A DNA stretch of 62,310 nucleotides, filler included, from Stramenopiles sp. TOSAG23-3 (taxonomy: Eukaryota), in assembly GCA_900128585.1 (NCBI GenBank). It is 19 parts of 19 records of this genome, joined end to end, with 100 filler letters (N's around TTAATTAATTAA, not from the genome) between each part and the next. Parts side by side here need not be neighbours in the genome. Positions count along the whole stretch, not along the records: positions 23,061 to 26,247 come from LT644370.1; positions 26,348 to 29,533 come from LT644371.1; positions 29,634 to 32,819 come from LT644372.1; positions 32,920 to 36,104 come from LT644373.1; 15 more parts are not named here. One strand, written 5' to 3'. Position 1 is the first letter of the stretch. The number at the start of each line of letters is the position of its first letter. This document shows positions 23,465 through 33,358 of this stretch, in pieces. The notes beneath the pieces were generated by a model that was not told the DNA's origin, did no database searches, and saw nothing but the letters and a program-made list of their open reading frames with translations. A program made the position numbers and the translations under genes.

Positions 23465-25516
23465 TCATTGAAACCACCTGCCCTTCCCCCCTTGCATGAC
23501 GGCCATTTCGCTTGGTAAAACGTGGCGGTACTCTTTGGCCCGTTTGGAAAGCTCCATCGTTCGTTCCGAAAACCTATCGTGCGCGGCGTCGAAGCACGCG
23601 GGTCCCCCCTCGATCTTGAAGCGGTGCAACAGGGTGAGCATCTCGGCCAGGTACGCATCGTCCCGTTCTACCTCTATTATTCGAACGCCACGGGTTGCGT
23701 TGACATACACGTACCACCCTCGCTTCGCGTCCGCGCACAGCATTTCCATCTGCAGCTGGGGGATGTGGTACGGGGGGATCTCTTCAGACATCTTCTTGTC
23801 CACAACCACGTAGCGGCCGCCGCCGCCCCTCCCCTGGGAACCACCGCCGCCCCGGCCCCGGCCCCGACCGCGGCCGCGGCCGCGGCCTCCTCTGGAGCGC
23901 CAGCCGCCGCCGCCCCCGTTGTCCGAGAACGGGCACATGCACTTGACTTCAATGATCTCCCTCCCCCCGTTTTCTCGGACCAAGACGCCGTCGGGCGACG
24001 CGCCGATCAGCGGCAGGTCGACCACGTCGACCGTCCCGGGGAGCGCCTTCCCCAGCGTCTCCAGGAGCAGGCAGCCGGCTTCTTCCATGACGGCGCCCGG
24101 GAACGTGTTCATCGCTGCCAGAATCCCCACCCCTTCCTGGATCCCGCCCCACGCCATTGCGAGCTCCCCGCCGTGCTTGAACCGGGACTGGATCGGCCGG
24201 TTGGCCCTCAGCGGGGGGCACTTTGCCTTTACCCTCCAGGTCCCATCCTTCTTGGCCGCATCGGCCTCCCACCACGCGTTCTCCGCCCCGGACGGCTCCA
24301 GCGCCCGCTTGCTGCCGAACTTATCGTCCACCCCGTCCTTCGGGATGTCCACGGCGAAGAGCACGCGCTTGTCCCCGTAGCGCGCGGAGGCGAGCTGGAA
24401 GAACCCCGCCACGCTCGGGTGGGGGACCATTTCCCAGTGCTGCTCTCGCGCGCGCGCGTACGGCTGGAGAACGATTTTCCCGCCCCCATCCGCCCAGTGA
24501 GGCTGGGGCTCCACCGTCGCGACGAAACCGTTCAGCGTCGAAACCAACTTGACAGCGTTGGGCCCGACCGCTTCGACCTTCCACGACTTCCCGTTGGAGG
24601 GGCAGCTGTTCGTGTACAGGACGAGCCGGGTCCCTGGGCGCTTGTCCTCGTGGAACACGTGGACCCCCAGCGTCGGCTGGCCCATGCTGACCAGGCACCG
24701 TCCCCCCCCCGTCGGTTGGTGGGCGTCTACGTTCTCCTCGTCCAGTTTCCAGTACGTGCTCGGCAACGGGGCCGGTTGCGGTCCGTCGCCGCCGTGGGCC
24801 CGGACCTTCGCGACGTTCGCTTCGAAGTCCCTCGCGCACTGCGCTTCGGGCAGCGCCAGCAGGTCCTGCCCAATCCAGCCCATCTCTGCCAGGTAGTCGT
24901 ACGAGGCCGGGGCGGCCGTTTTCGTGATGTGGTCGTGCGCGGACCTCGCCGCCTTGGGGCCCGCGCGGTACTTGGGGACCTGCATCCTCGCGCTCCGGCC
25001 ATTAGCCGTCTCAAAGAGGCCGAGGGCGGGGGCCAGGTGCCGCGTGGTCAGGCGCCCGGCGTGCAAGTCGATGCTTGCCTGCGGGGAGCCCTGGGAGAAC
25101 TGGGAGGCCCAGCGCGGCCCCAGTCTTTGGCTCACCGCGGACGCCTTCGGGAGCGGGCGAAACATCGGGTGCCGTTCCAGAAGCTCATCCTGGACCCAGT
25201 GGAAGGTCACATTTGGGCGGTCTCCCGTCGTCCCCCCGTGCTTTCCCATGACGCGCTGTGCCTCGCTCTCGACGGTCTTCTGGGTGGGCAGTTGGTACTG
25301 GTCTCGTTGCACCGCCACCGACGCCGTGGCACCTTTCGGGCTCGCAGGGCCGGCCAGGTCAAAGGGGGAGAGAAGGAGCAGGCCCTGCTCCATGCCCGTA
25401 AACTTGTCGTCACCCTCGGCAAAGCTGGTGTCGGGGCTGATCGTGTCGTTTCCACTGTCCTCCGCCGCCAGGGACAGTTTCTCCAGGGCGGCAGGGTCTA
25501 ACAAAAGGGACGCCAT
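23465..25516 (-). CDS. YqaJ/lambda-exonuclease-fold (PD-(D/E)xK) protein with large insertion
   Basis: QGSPQ..GRLTT, MAWGGIQE, IGASPDG, IIEVKC, YHIPQLQMEM. RGG insert after EVKC. Confidence 0.8.
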   Translation of the reverse strand: MASLLLDPAALEKLSLAAEDSGNDTISPDTSFAEGDDKFTGMEQGLLLLSPFDLAGPASPKGATASVAVQRDQYQLPTQKTVESEAQRVMGKHGGTTGDRPNVTFHWVQDELLERHPMFRPLPKASAVSQRLGPRWASQFSQGSPQASIDLHAGRLTTRHLAPALGLFETANGRSARMQVPKYRAGPKAARSAHDHITKTAAPASYDYLAEMGWIGQDLLALPEAQCARDFEANVAKVRAHGGDGPQPAPLPSTYWKLDEENVDAHQPTGGGRCLVSMGQPTLGVHVFHEDKRPGTRLVLYTNSCPSNGKSWKVEAVGPNAVKLVSTLNGFVATVEPQPHWADGGGKIVLQPYARAREQHWEMVPHPSVAGFFQLASARYGDKRVLFAVDIPKDGVDDKFGSKRALEPSGAENAWWEADAAKKDGTWRVKAKCPPLRANRPIQSRFKHGGELAMAWGGIQEGVGILAAMNTFPGAVMEEAGCLLLETLGKALPGTVDVVDLPLIGASPDGVLVRENGGREIIEVKCMCPFSDNGGGGGWRSRGGRGRGRGRGRGRGGGGSQGRGGGGRYVVVDKKMSEEIPPYHIPQLQMEMLCADAKRGWYVYVNATRGVRIIEVERDDAYLAEMLTLLHRFKIEGGPACFDAAHDRFSERTMELSKRAKEYRHVLPSEMAVMQGGKGRWFQ

Positions 25517-25985
25517 GGGGGCACGCGGGCGGGCGCTGTGTGCGATGCGAACGGTCCGAGGCCTTTTCCGTGGCGTGGGCGGAAGGAAGGGTAAGCGGTG
25601 TTCGGTGCGGTGGTCGTATGGTCGTTCTACCTAGAATTGTTTGGCTGTCTGTGTAAGTGTCTGTCTGTATTTCGTTCTTGTTTGATTAATATGTCTTTTT
25701 TTGTGTGGGGGGGTGTGCGTGTGTGTGTTTGTTTGCAATTCAATGCATATTTAAAATTGTGTATATTTTCCACTATGCATATCTTTAATTATTATTATTT
25801 TATAATATATTATTGTTATTATTATAATAAAAAACAGAGAGAAGACGACGACGACTACAATATAATAAATAAAATAAAAATCAATTCTCTTCTTTTTCTT
25901 CTTCTTTCTTCTTTTTTTTATTTTTTTATCCTACTTTCTCTCATCATTGTCACCTGTACTTCTTCTTTCTTCTCTTTCTTCTATT

Positions 25986-26030
<45 letters not shown>

Positions 26031-26349
26031 TGAACTTCTGAAGAAAGAAGAAGAAATTTCCTTCTTCTTCTCTTCTTCTTTTTTAATTATATAATATATA
26101 TAGGTGAATATATATTAATAAGTATGTATAAATCATAGTCTAGAAGAAGAAAGAAAGAAGAAGAGTTGTTTTGTTTTGTTGTTGTTTATTATAATCATAA
26201 TAATTATAGATTAGATTAGATTAGATTAGATTGAGGTAGAGAAGGGGNNNNNNNNNNNNNNNNNNNNNNNNNNNNNNNNNNNNNNNNNNNNTTAATTAAT
26301 TAANNNNNNNNNNNNNNNNNNNNNNNNNNNNNNNNNNNNNNNNNNNNAA

Positions 26350-28002
26350 AAAAAGAAAAAGTTTTGGGAAGAAGAATACGCAGAAGATGAGAACGCCAGG
26401 ACCAACAAGCAGTTAGTTGATCGGTACGATTCGGTTTCAAAAACGTTAAGAATGAGAATGGAGCTTGCAAAATCAACATTGATTACTGAAAGTCAGCGTA
26501 CCCTCGAGCTTTCCTCCATAGCAGTTTTGGACGACATCAACGAAGTCACGTCCTTACTAAAAAAAATCGAGGCTCGCCTTCCGGGCGTTCGGGAACTACT
26601 GATCAATGGCCCTCCCCAGAAGCGAAAGCCTAAGATGAAATTGGCCCGGGAGAAATACAACGAGAAAGCCCGGGCAAAGCGAAAGTGGTCCCCCGAAATA
26701 GAAAGAAAAAGATTAGAAGAGAGAAACCTGACACCTTTGGTGCTGCCATTGCCGACAAAGTACAACGCTCCGCCATTAACAAAGTTGGAGCAGAAGAAAA
26801 TTGAGGAGGATATATCGCAGAGGGTGGAAGCTATGAGACAAGATCTCATCAAACGAAAGAAGAAAGCCAAAATCAGGCACGCAAAACGGGAGAAGATGTG
26901 GGCACGGCAACGATTAGAAGGAGCAAATTTCAATAAAGACCGACTGCAAACAGCAACAGAGAGGAGGATAAAGGCCGAAAAATTGACGGCGAAAACTCTG
27001 GCTCGATTTAACCCTCACCCATTGGTTAGTTACCTGTTTCGTAGACTTGGCACGCAAGAGCAGGATCGTTTGATACGAATCGCACTGGTTGCTGCTGGAG
27101 AAGCGGTGCCACGGAACGACTTTGACCGCAGGGATGTTCTCGAGCGTTGGTTAGAGGCGGTAGGGTTCAAACGGAGAGATGCACCAGTACCTCCTAGAAC
27201 AATCGATTCAGTAGAGCGCTACATCTCAAATTTAAAGCGGAGTCACCAAATGCTAAACTTTGACGACACTGATTTAAGTGACATGAAAAGTAAGACCCAG
27301 GTGACAACGGGGCTCGGGCGGACAATACTTGCACCGGTAGACACCAGTCCTATCAAAAGTAAAAGTCCAAAGGGCTCCAGAAGCAAACGCACGGTCATCT
27401 GGTCACCAGAGTCATCAGGAAGTTACATCGTCGAGAGAGAATCCCCGCAGAGCCCAAAGGTCCGGGTGGACCGTACGACCTTTGGCGGATCCAACACAAT
27501 TGTGACGATTGAAGACGACGATGATCAGTGGCGAAAAGACTACAACAAAGCGCTTCAGAACGCACGGGCCGTTCGAAATAGTTACAAGAAACGGAAAAAG
27601 GTGGAAAAGCGGCCACAGCTATCTCCTATAAAGAAAGCCCCTCTACCCATGGATTTTGACCAACGCGCCGTGCTTAAAAACGAGATTTCACGGCAGGCAA
27701 CGATAGAAACAATGGAGCAAGTTGGTTTTCTATGGGAAGAAGCGGAAGATATGGAGGCTACAGATGAGCGGCCATTTGCCGATGCGCCGAAACGAAGGGC
27801 AAGATCTCATTCTGAATTTAGCCCCGCCTTTCAACAACTGCAGCAACAGGAGTATTTAAAGTATGAAGCTGAGCTAGCAGAAGAGGCAGAGAGAAAGAAG
27901 CGAGAAGAAATTGAAGCAGGTATTAGACCACCAGATGAATTTTCCCAACTTTACAAAGAGCCTGCCAATATCATGGACGCCATAAAAAATGAGTACACAT
28001 AA
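26350..28002 (+). CDS. Basic, coiled-coil-rich hypothetical protein, probably 5' partial
   Basis: 516-aa ORF whose frame stays open back to the contig start. No recognisable domain. Confidence 0.7.
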   Translation, partial: KKKKFWEEEYAEDENARTNKQLVDRYDSVSKTLRMRMELAKSTLITESQRTLELSSIAVLDDINEVTSLLKKIEARLPGVRELLINGPPQKRKPKMKLAREKYNEKARAKRKWSPEIERKRLEERNLTPLVLPLPTKYNAPPLTKLEQKKIEEDISQRVEAMRQDLIKRKKKAKIRHAKREKMWARQRLEGANFNKDRLQTATERRIKAEKLTAKTLARFNPHPLVSYLFRRLGTQEQDRLIRIALVAAGEAVPRNDFDRRDVLERWLEAVGFKRRDAPVPPRTIDSVERYISNLKRSHQMLNFDDTDLSDMKSKTQVTTGLGRTILAPVDTSPIKSKSPKGSRSKRTVIWSPESSGSYIVERESPQSPKVRVDRTTFGGSNTIVTIEDDDDQWRKDYNKALQNARAVRNSYKKRKKVEKRPQLSPIKKAPLPMDFDQRAVLKNEISRQATIETMEQVGFLWEEAEDMEATDERPFADAPKRRARSHSEFSPAFQQLQQQEYLKYEAELAEEAERKKREEIEAGIRPPDEFSQLYKEPANIMDAIKNEYT

Positions 28003-28410
28003 ACAATTGTGCCTAATGAAGTTGAATGAAAAAAAACAAATAATTATATAGTATGTTTTTTAAGACTCTCATTTTATTAAATCAATTACTACTTCAAATC
28101 CAACCCTAATCCTATCTTGATTTTTTAATTTGATTGAATGATAACACCGACGATAAAGTTTTAAAGATGTCATTCGAAAAAATGTTTTAAGAAGTGTATT
28201 TTCAACGCCAATACAATGTTTTTTCTTCTAAAGGACTGCTTCGTTCCCCATTAGTAGGAGCACTCTGACAAATCTAACTACAGAGTGCGCGGACGAGAGA
28301 GAAAAATAACCAGAGATCCCCCTCCCGCCCCATATTTTCTCCATTTTCATTGGTTATTCCTTTCAAAAAAACTCCATCAGTGCATCGAGGCCAGAAACGG
28401 GCATTTTTTA

Positions 28411-29283
28411 TCATTGTTCAAAATTGAAAAAAGACGACGCAGACGAGGGGCCTTTTTCCATGGGCATACTTCTGGCTCTCATTATTCCTGAAGTTGGTGG
28501 GCTTATCAAATTTGAACGGGACCGGGGGTTGGATTGCCCAAACCTATACCGGCGTCGTCGGGACTCGTTCGTAACAAGGTTACGTCGTTGGGTCCGGTTA
28601 GAGTACAGCAGACGGTTTGTGACGGTTATTGGTATATCATAAATTTCTGGAGTGCCAACATTTGCCTCCACTGATCGTGCTAAGCGGGAAAAGTCACGGG
28701 CCTCACGGGTGTATTGATCTGAAATTAATTTCGCACTTCCCAACGGAGGGGTACGCATGAGACCGATGCCAACGTGAACTGCGCACATGAAAAAATAAGA
28801 CATTACGACGTATGCAGGAATGGCAAGTGCCCAATAACGGCTTGGGTAGTAAGTTACGCCAAAGTCGTCCCAAACATGCTCTGGCATTATGGCCCAGAGC
28901 AAAAAAATTATCAATGCCAGTCCTGACATTAGCCAACCAACAAAACCATAAACTTCCGTCAGCTTCGGCTCCTCGTATTCCCGAAGTTTCCCAGAAATAC
29001 TATGAACTCTCGTGGCCATAGGCTTTTCCAGTGGAACGTTGCCGTACACAACATTTCCATTCATGCCTTCGACAGGCGTCGGGCTCTCAAACGCACCATC
29101 AAAATATTCTATATCGTGATCAAAGTCAAAAACATTGGCATCCCCGGCATTCCACTCAGCCTCCGCCTTGGCCGGACTTTCCACCGTGGCACCTTTCAAC
29201 TCTTTCTCCCCTTGGTTATTTTCGTTCAAATTTGGAGTGGTCGCCCCGCCTACAAAATTCGGCACACTCCATACACGCTTCAT
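28411..29283 (-). CDS. PIGP: GPI-GlcNAc transferase subunit P
   Basis: EVYGFVGW..FLLWAIMPE..GVTYYPSRYWALAIP, two TM segments, then TPPL..ISD and IYDIPITVTNRLLY. Confidence 0.9.
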   Translation of the reverse strand: MKRVWSVPNFVGGATTPNLNENNQGEKELKGATVESPAKAEAEWNAGDANVFDFDHDIEYFDGAFESPTPVEGMNGNVVYGNVPLEKPMATRVHSISGKLREYEEPKLTEVYGFVGWLMSGLALIIFLLWAIMPEHVWDDFGVTYYPSRYWALAIPAYVVMSYFFMCAVHVGIGLMRTPPLGSAKLISDQYTREARDFSRLARSVEANVGTPEIYDIPITVTNRLLYSNRTQRRNLVTNESRRRRYRFGQSNPRSRSNLISPPTSGIMRARSMPMEKGPSSASSFFNFEQ

Positions 29284-29633
29284 GTCACTCGCGTTTTACA
29301 CACTGTGTCCAATATTGCTAAGACTGTTTACAATTAATACATGTATCTAATGTAACCCGGAAAAATCTTCAATTTCAACGAATGGTGGCATATTCCATTC
29401 GAACAAACTGTGCGCTCACGACCTGAGAAAGATATAATTAATATTCAACTTTTTTTTTTTTTGGAGAAGAAGGAAAAAGAAGAAGAAAGAAAAGGAAGAA
29501 GAAGAAGAAGAAAGAGAAAAAAAGAAGAAGGGGNNNNNNNNNNNNNNNNNNNNNNNNNNNNNNNNNNNNNNNNNNNNTTAATTAATTAANNNNNNNNNNN
29601 NNNNNNNNNNNNNNNNNNNNNNNNNNNNNNNNN

Positions 29634-30500
29634 GTGCCACCACGTTCTCGTGACCTCCCATAGCAGCCTGATGCATCGGTGTCCAACCATCATTGTTTCG
29701 AACCATCACATCCGCATTGTACTCCTTTGCAAGCAGTACCACCACGTTCTCGTGACCTCCCATAGCAGCCTGATGCATCGGTGTCCAACCATCATTGTCT
29801 CGAACCATCACATCCGCATTGTACTCCTTTGCAAGCAGTGCCACCACGTTCTCGTGACCTCCCGCAGCGGCAAAATGCATCGGTGTTACACCCTTATTGT
29901 CTCGAACCATCACATCCGCATTGTACTCCTTTGCAAGCAGTACCACCACGTTCTCGTGACCTCCCGCAGCAGCATGATGCATCGGTGTCGAACCACCATA
30001 CTTCTGTGCAAGCAGTGAAAGCTCGTTCTCGTCACATATCGCTGCACCATGAAGTATAGGTATTGTCCAGCCACCATTGTTTCGAATTATCACATCTAAA
30101 TTGTACTCATTTGCATTTACATCCACATTGTACTCCTTTGCAAGCAGTGTCACCACGTTTTCGTGACCTTTCTGAGCGGCAAGATGCATCGGTGTCGAAC
30201 CATGGTTGTCTCGAACCATCACATCCGCATTGTACTCCTTTGCAAGCAGTGCCACCACCTCCTCGTGACCGTGGGAAGCGGCACAATGCATCGGTGTCCA
30301 ACCAACATTATTTCGAACCATCACATCGACATTGTACTCCTTTGCAAGCAGTGCCACCACGTTCTCGTGACCTTCCCCAGCGGCAAAATGCATCGGTGTC
30401 CAACCATCATTGTCTCGAACCATCACATCCGCATTGTACTCCCCTACAAGCATCTTTGTCATATTTACACTGGCCTCATCACCACAATATGCTAGCCCAT
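29634..30500 (-). repeat. Tandem 102-bp ankyrin-coding units, highly similar at DNA level
   Basis: Unit starts at 29634, 29736, 29838, 29940 and 30147, 30249, 30351, with an irregular unit between the two runs. Confidence 0.9.
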
Positions 30501-32814
30501 GGAGCAAAGTGGTTGTCCTTTCCATCCCCTGTTGTGAGCTCTTTCCCAGCACAACATGCCCCAGCCACGCCGATAATCTTGCCTTCTTGAGATTTTTTAA
30601 GACCTCTGAATGCATCTCTCGAAGCTTCTCCTGTTCAAACCCGTACGTGCCATTTAATATCTCACACAGCGCGCTCTTTCGTGCGATTCGACCGGTTTCC
30701 TTCCAAACGCTTGTCAATGATCGGTCCATCCCTTCCTTCCCAGCCGCGTGGACCAGTATTGTCGTCACCACTGCACTGCACTCCTCTGCCAGCACCCGAT
30801 CCTCGAGCGCTTTCCTCCGCACGAAGACATGCTGCAAATTGTGCAGCCAAATCCTGTCCTTACCTTTCCCGCGTATTTCCAACAGTGACAGGGTTTCAAA
30901 CTTACCACAAACTTCACTAACATTCTTGACACCACCCCACAGGTGCTCCAACGTCTCCATGCGGACCTCCGTGTCGACTGGGAAAACAGCAAGCATTAAA
31001 TACCAAAGCCGCACTTTTGGCTTCATCCATTTAGGATCAATCCCAGCCGCAAACGCTAACTCCACGCATTTTGTATTATCTTCATCGTACTCCTCTGGCT
31101 CAGTTTCATCGGCTTGGTCGAAAAAGTCGTCTTCGTCCTCGTCGTTTTTTTTTTGTGTGATTAACTCATATCCCTCGTTCTCTCGTTCCATCAGACAATC
31201 GCGAATTTCCCTCCACCCGTTTTTTCGCGCTCGGCTGCCAACAACTTTAAGTGCCACGGGCAAGTGTCCCACAAGCCTCGCAGCTTCCTTCGCATACTGT
31301 AAATCATCTGTGCCCTCGCGAAATTCGCCAGCATGGGCTTTAAGCAGTTCCAGTGCCGAGGTTTCGTCCAGGCGTTTGACATTGAACGATTGGCATCGCC
31401 AACTCCCCTTTCGTTTAGGCAGACAATTCCCGTTTCGTGTTGTAATTAGGAGCTGCAAATGTTTGTGGTGCTTTGTTGCCTCCTGAACCCAATCCACAAC
31501 ACCCTTCCCTATTCTTCCCTTCTTCCATACATCATCGACAACGATCAGCATGGGACAGTCTGCTTTGGCAAGGAAGAACTCTTCAAATACCTCTATGATT
31601 TCTTTGTCAGAAATATCTTCCGCCCGTTTTCCAGTGCTTTCACCCATTCCCCTCTCCGAACCACCGTTTAAATGAACAACTGACGCTTTCCTTTTCCAAT
31701 CTTTTCCCATTGTACATCTGGCCAGTTTTCGCCAAATGTCTCTTTTTGTAGCCTCTTGGCCCGCTTCAATCCAGAAACGTTTGTCGCCAAACTTTTCCAC
31801 AACACGCGGGTGCCGTACAATACTCCCTGCAAGGACGGACTTGCCGACGCCCCCCGCGCCACGGAACCCAACCAGGCCGACCGACCGAGTGGTCCCTTTG
31901 ACTACCGCCTGTAGAATGTTCTCCGCCAAGGCAGCGTGCAAATTTTCGCAGAAGGTCTCTGGTAGGGCTCGAGCGTGTGCCAGCCGCAATGGCCCCGATT
32001 CGAGCACTCTCCAAGAGTTGTTTTCAAGGGAAGGACGAAAGTCGTTATGTCGACATTCTAGCGCCGTGATTCTCTTGTTGTGAGTGAATCGCAGTCCCGC
32101 AATGTCAACCTTGTTTCGTTGAACTTGATCCTCCACCTTATCAAAATTTGATGCAAACTCCTGAAGCGCTTTCATCGTCACTGCGGTGAGCGCGTTTTGC
32201 TCCACCACTAACTTGCCATCGGGAAGCCCCTTCGTCTTAATTTCTTCCAGCGACTTTGGGGTTTTTCCAGTCTTTGCATACTTCACAATTCCGGGAATAG
32301 CTTCTCCGAAAAGAGAAAAAATGTCTTGTGCCATGGGCCCGGCATCCGGAGTGCCATCTTTCCACGTGTAAATGGACTGTTTCAGTTTTCGAAGCATTGG
32401 TAGTATGCCTTTGGGTAATTCTTTTTCAATTACCTTCAGGCGTTCATCGGAGAAGCACCTTAAATGTTCTGTGATAAGAGTATCGCAGGTTGCAGTTCCC
32501 GCTACATTTATATTTTCGAATTCCTTGGGTTCACCCTCAAATAAAGAATTCGCCACTTCGGCTAATGCAGGATTTCCGAACGTCGCACTATCGCCATCTA
32601 TATGTTGGCTGGAAGTTTCTGTCTCGGGATCGCCTACTGTCAATTCATCAAAGGGTTCACCGGAAAAGGCTTCATCAAGACTGTTGTTGCTAGTGGCCTG
32701 TTGGCCAAAGCAGCGTCGCTTCGCAGGACGATACGGATGAGATGGTTCGAGACAATGATGGTTGTACACTGATACATTCTGCCGCTGAGGGAGGTCACGA
32801 GGAGGTGGTGGCAC
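29634..32814 (-). CDS. NB-ARC (STAND) ATPase with C-terminal ankyrin repeats; 3' partial, start uncertain
   Basis: Walker A GAGGVGKS, Walker B LIVVDDVW, LLITTR, GHLPVAL (GLPL), LAVFP, WLHNLQH (MHD-like), followed by at least 7 GWTPMHxAAxxGHENVVALL repeats. Confidence 0.9.
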
Positions 32815-32921
32815 TACTTNNNNNNNNNNNNNNNNNNNNNNNNNNNNNNNNNNNNNNNNNNNNTTAATTAATTAANNNNNNNNNNNNNNNNNNNNNNNNN
32901 NNNNNNNNNNNNNNNNNNNGG

Positions 32922-33068
32922 CCAGAAGCTGAACCCGCAGCCGAACCCGCAGCACCGGGTCTTGCGCCTCTCCCAGAAGGCTGGGGGGAGGCGGCCGATC
33001 CAGGCACAGGGAACGTGTACTACTACAATACTGTTACCCACGAAACGCAATGGGAGAGACCAACTTGA
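32922..33068 (+). CDS. 3' end of a gene with a C-terminal WW domain (not in the ORF track)
   Basis: Translates ..PLPEGWGEAADPGTGNVYYYNTVTHETQWERPT*, a canonical WW motif. Confidence 0.88.
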   Translation, partial: PEAEPAAEPAAPGLAPLPEGWGEAADPGTGNVYYYNTVTHETQWERPT

Positions 33069-33358
33069 GAAGCGGTGGATTTCACGGAGCTAGAGAAGAT
33101 ACTAAGTACTATCTTGTGAAAGTCATATTCGAATATATTCAGAGTTCAGAGAGCTAGAGAAGATACTATCTTGTGAAACTCGAATATTCAGAGTTCAGAG
33201 TATTTTAATTAAAAACAAAAAATTGGCTGTTATTTAGAGTAATATTGATTGGTCTTAAAAGTACACAGCGGCATAAATGTTTTAATTTATTCAGTGTGTT
33301 TTAACTGTTTAAGTTTACTTTAAAATAACAGCCAATTTTTCGTTTTTAAGTGTTTACC

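Noticed and set aside
9900-25516. Linking the YqaJ gene to the transposon as in ISL2EU-type elements
   Set aside because: Different contigs, and the transposase is DD34E rather than ISL2EU/Harbinger type.
29634-30500. CRISPR-like array
   Set aside because: Units are in-frame 102-bp ankyrin codons with no unique spacers.
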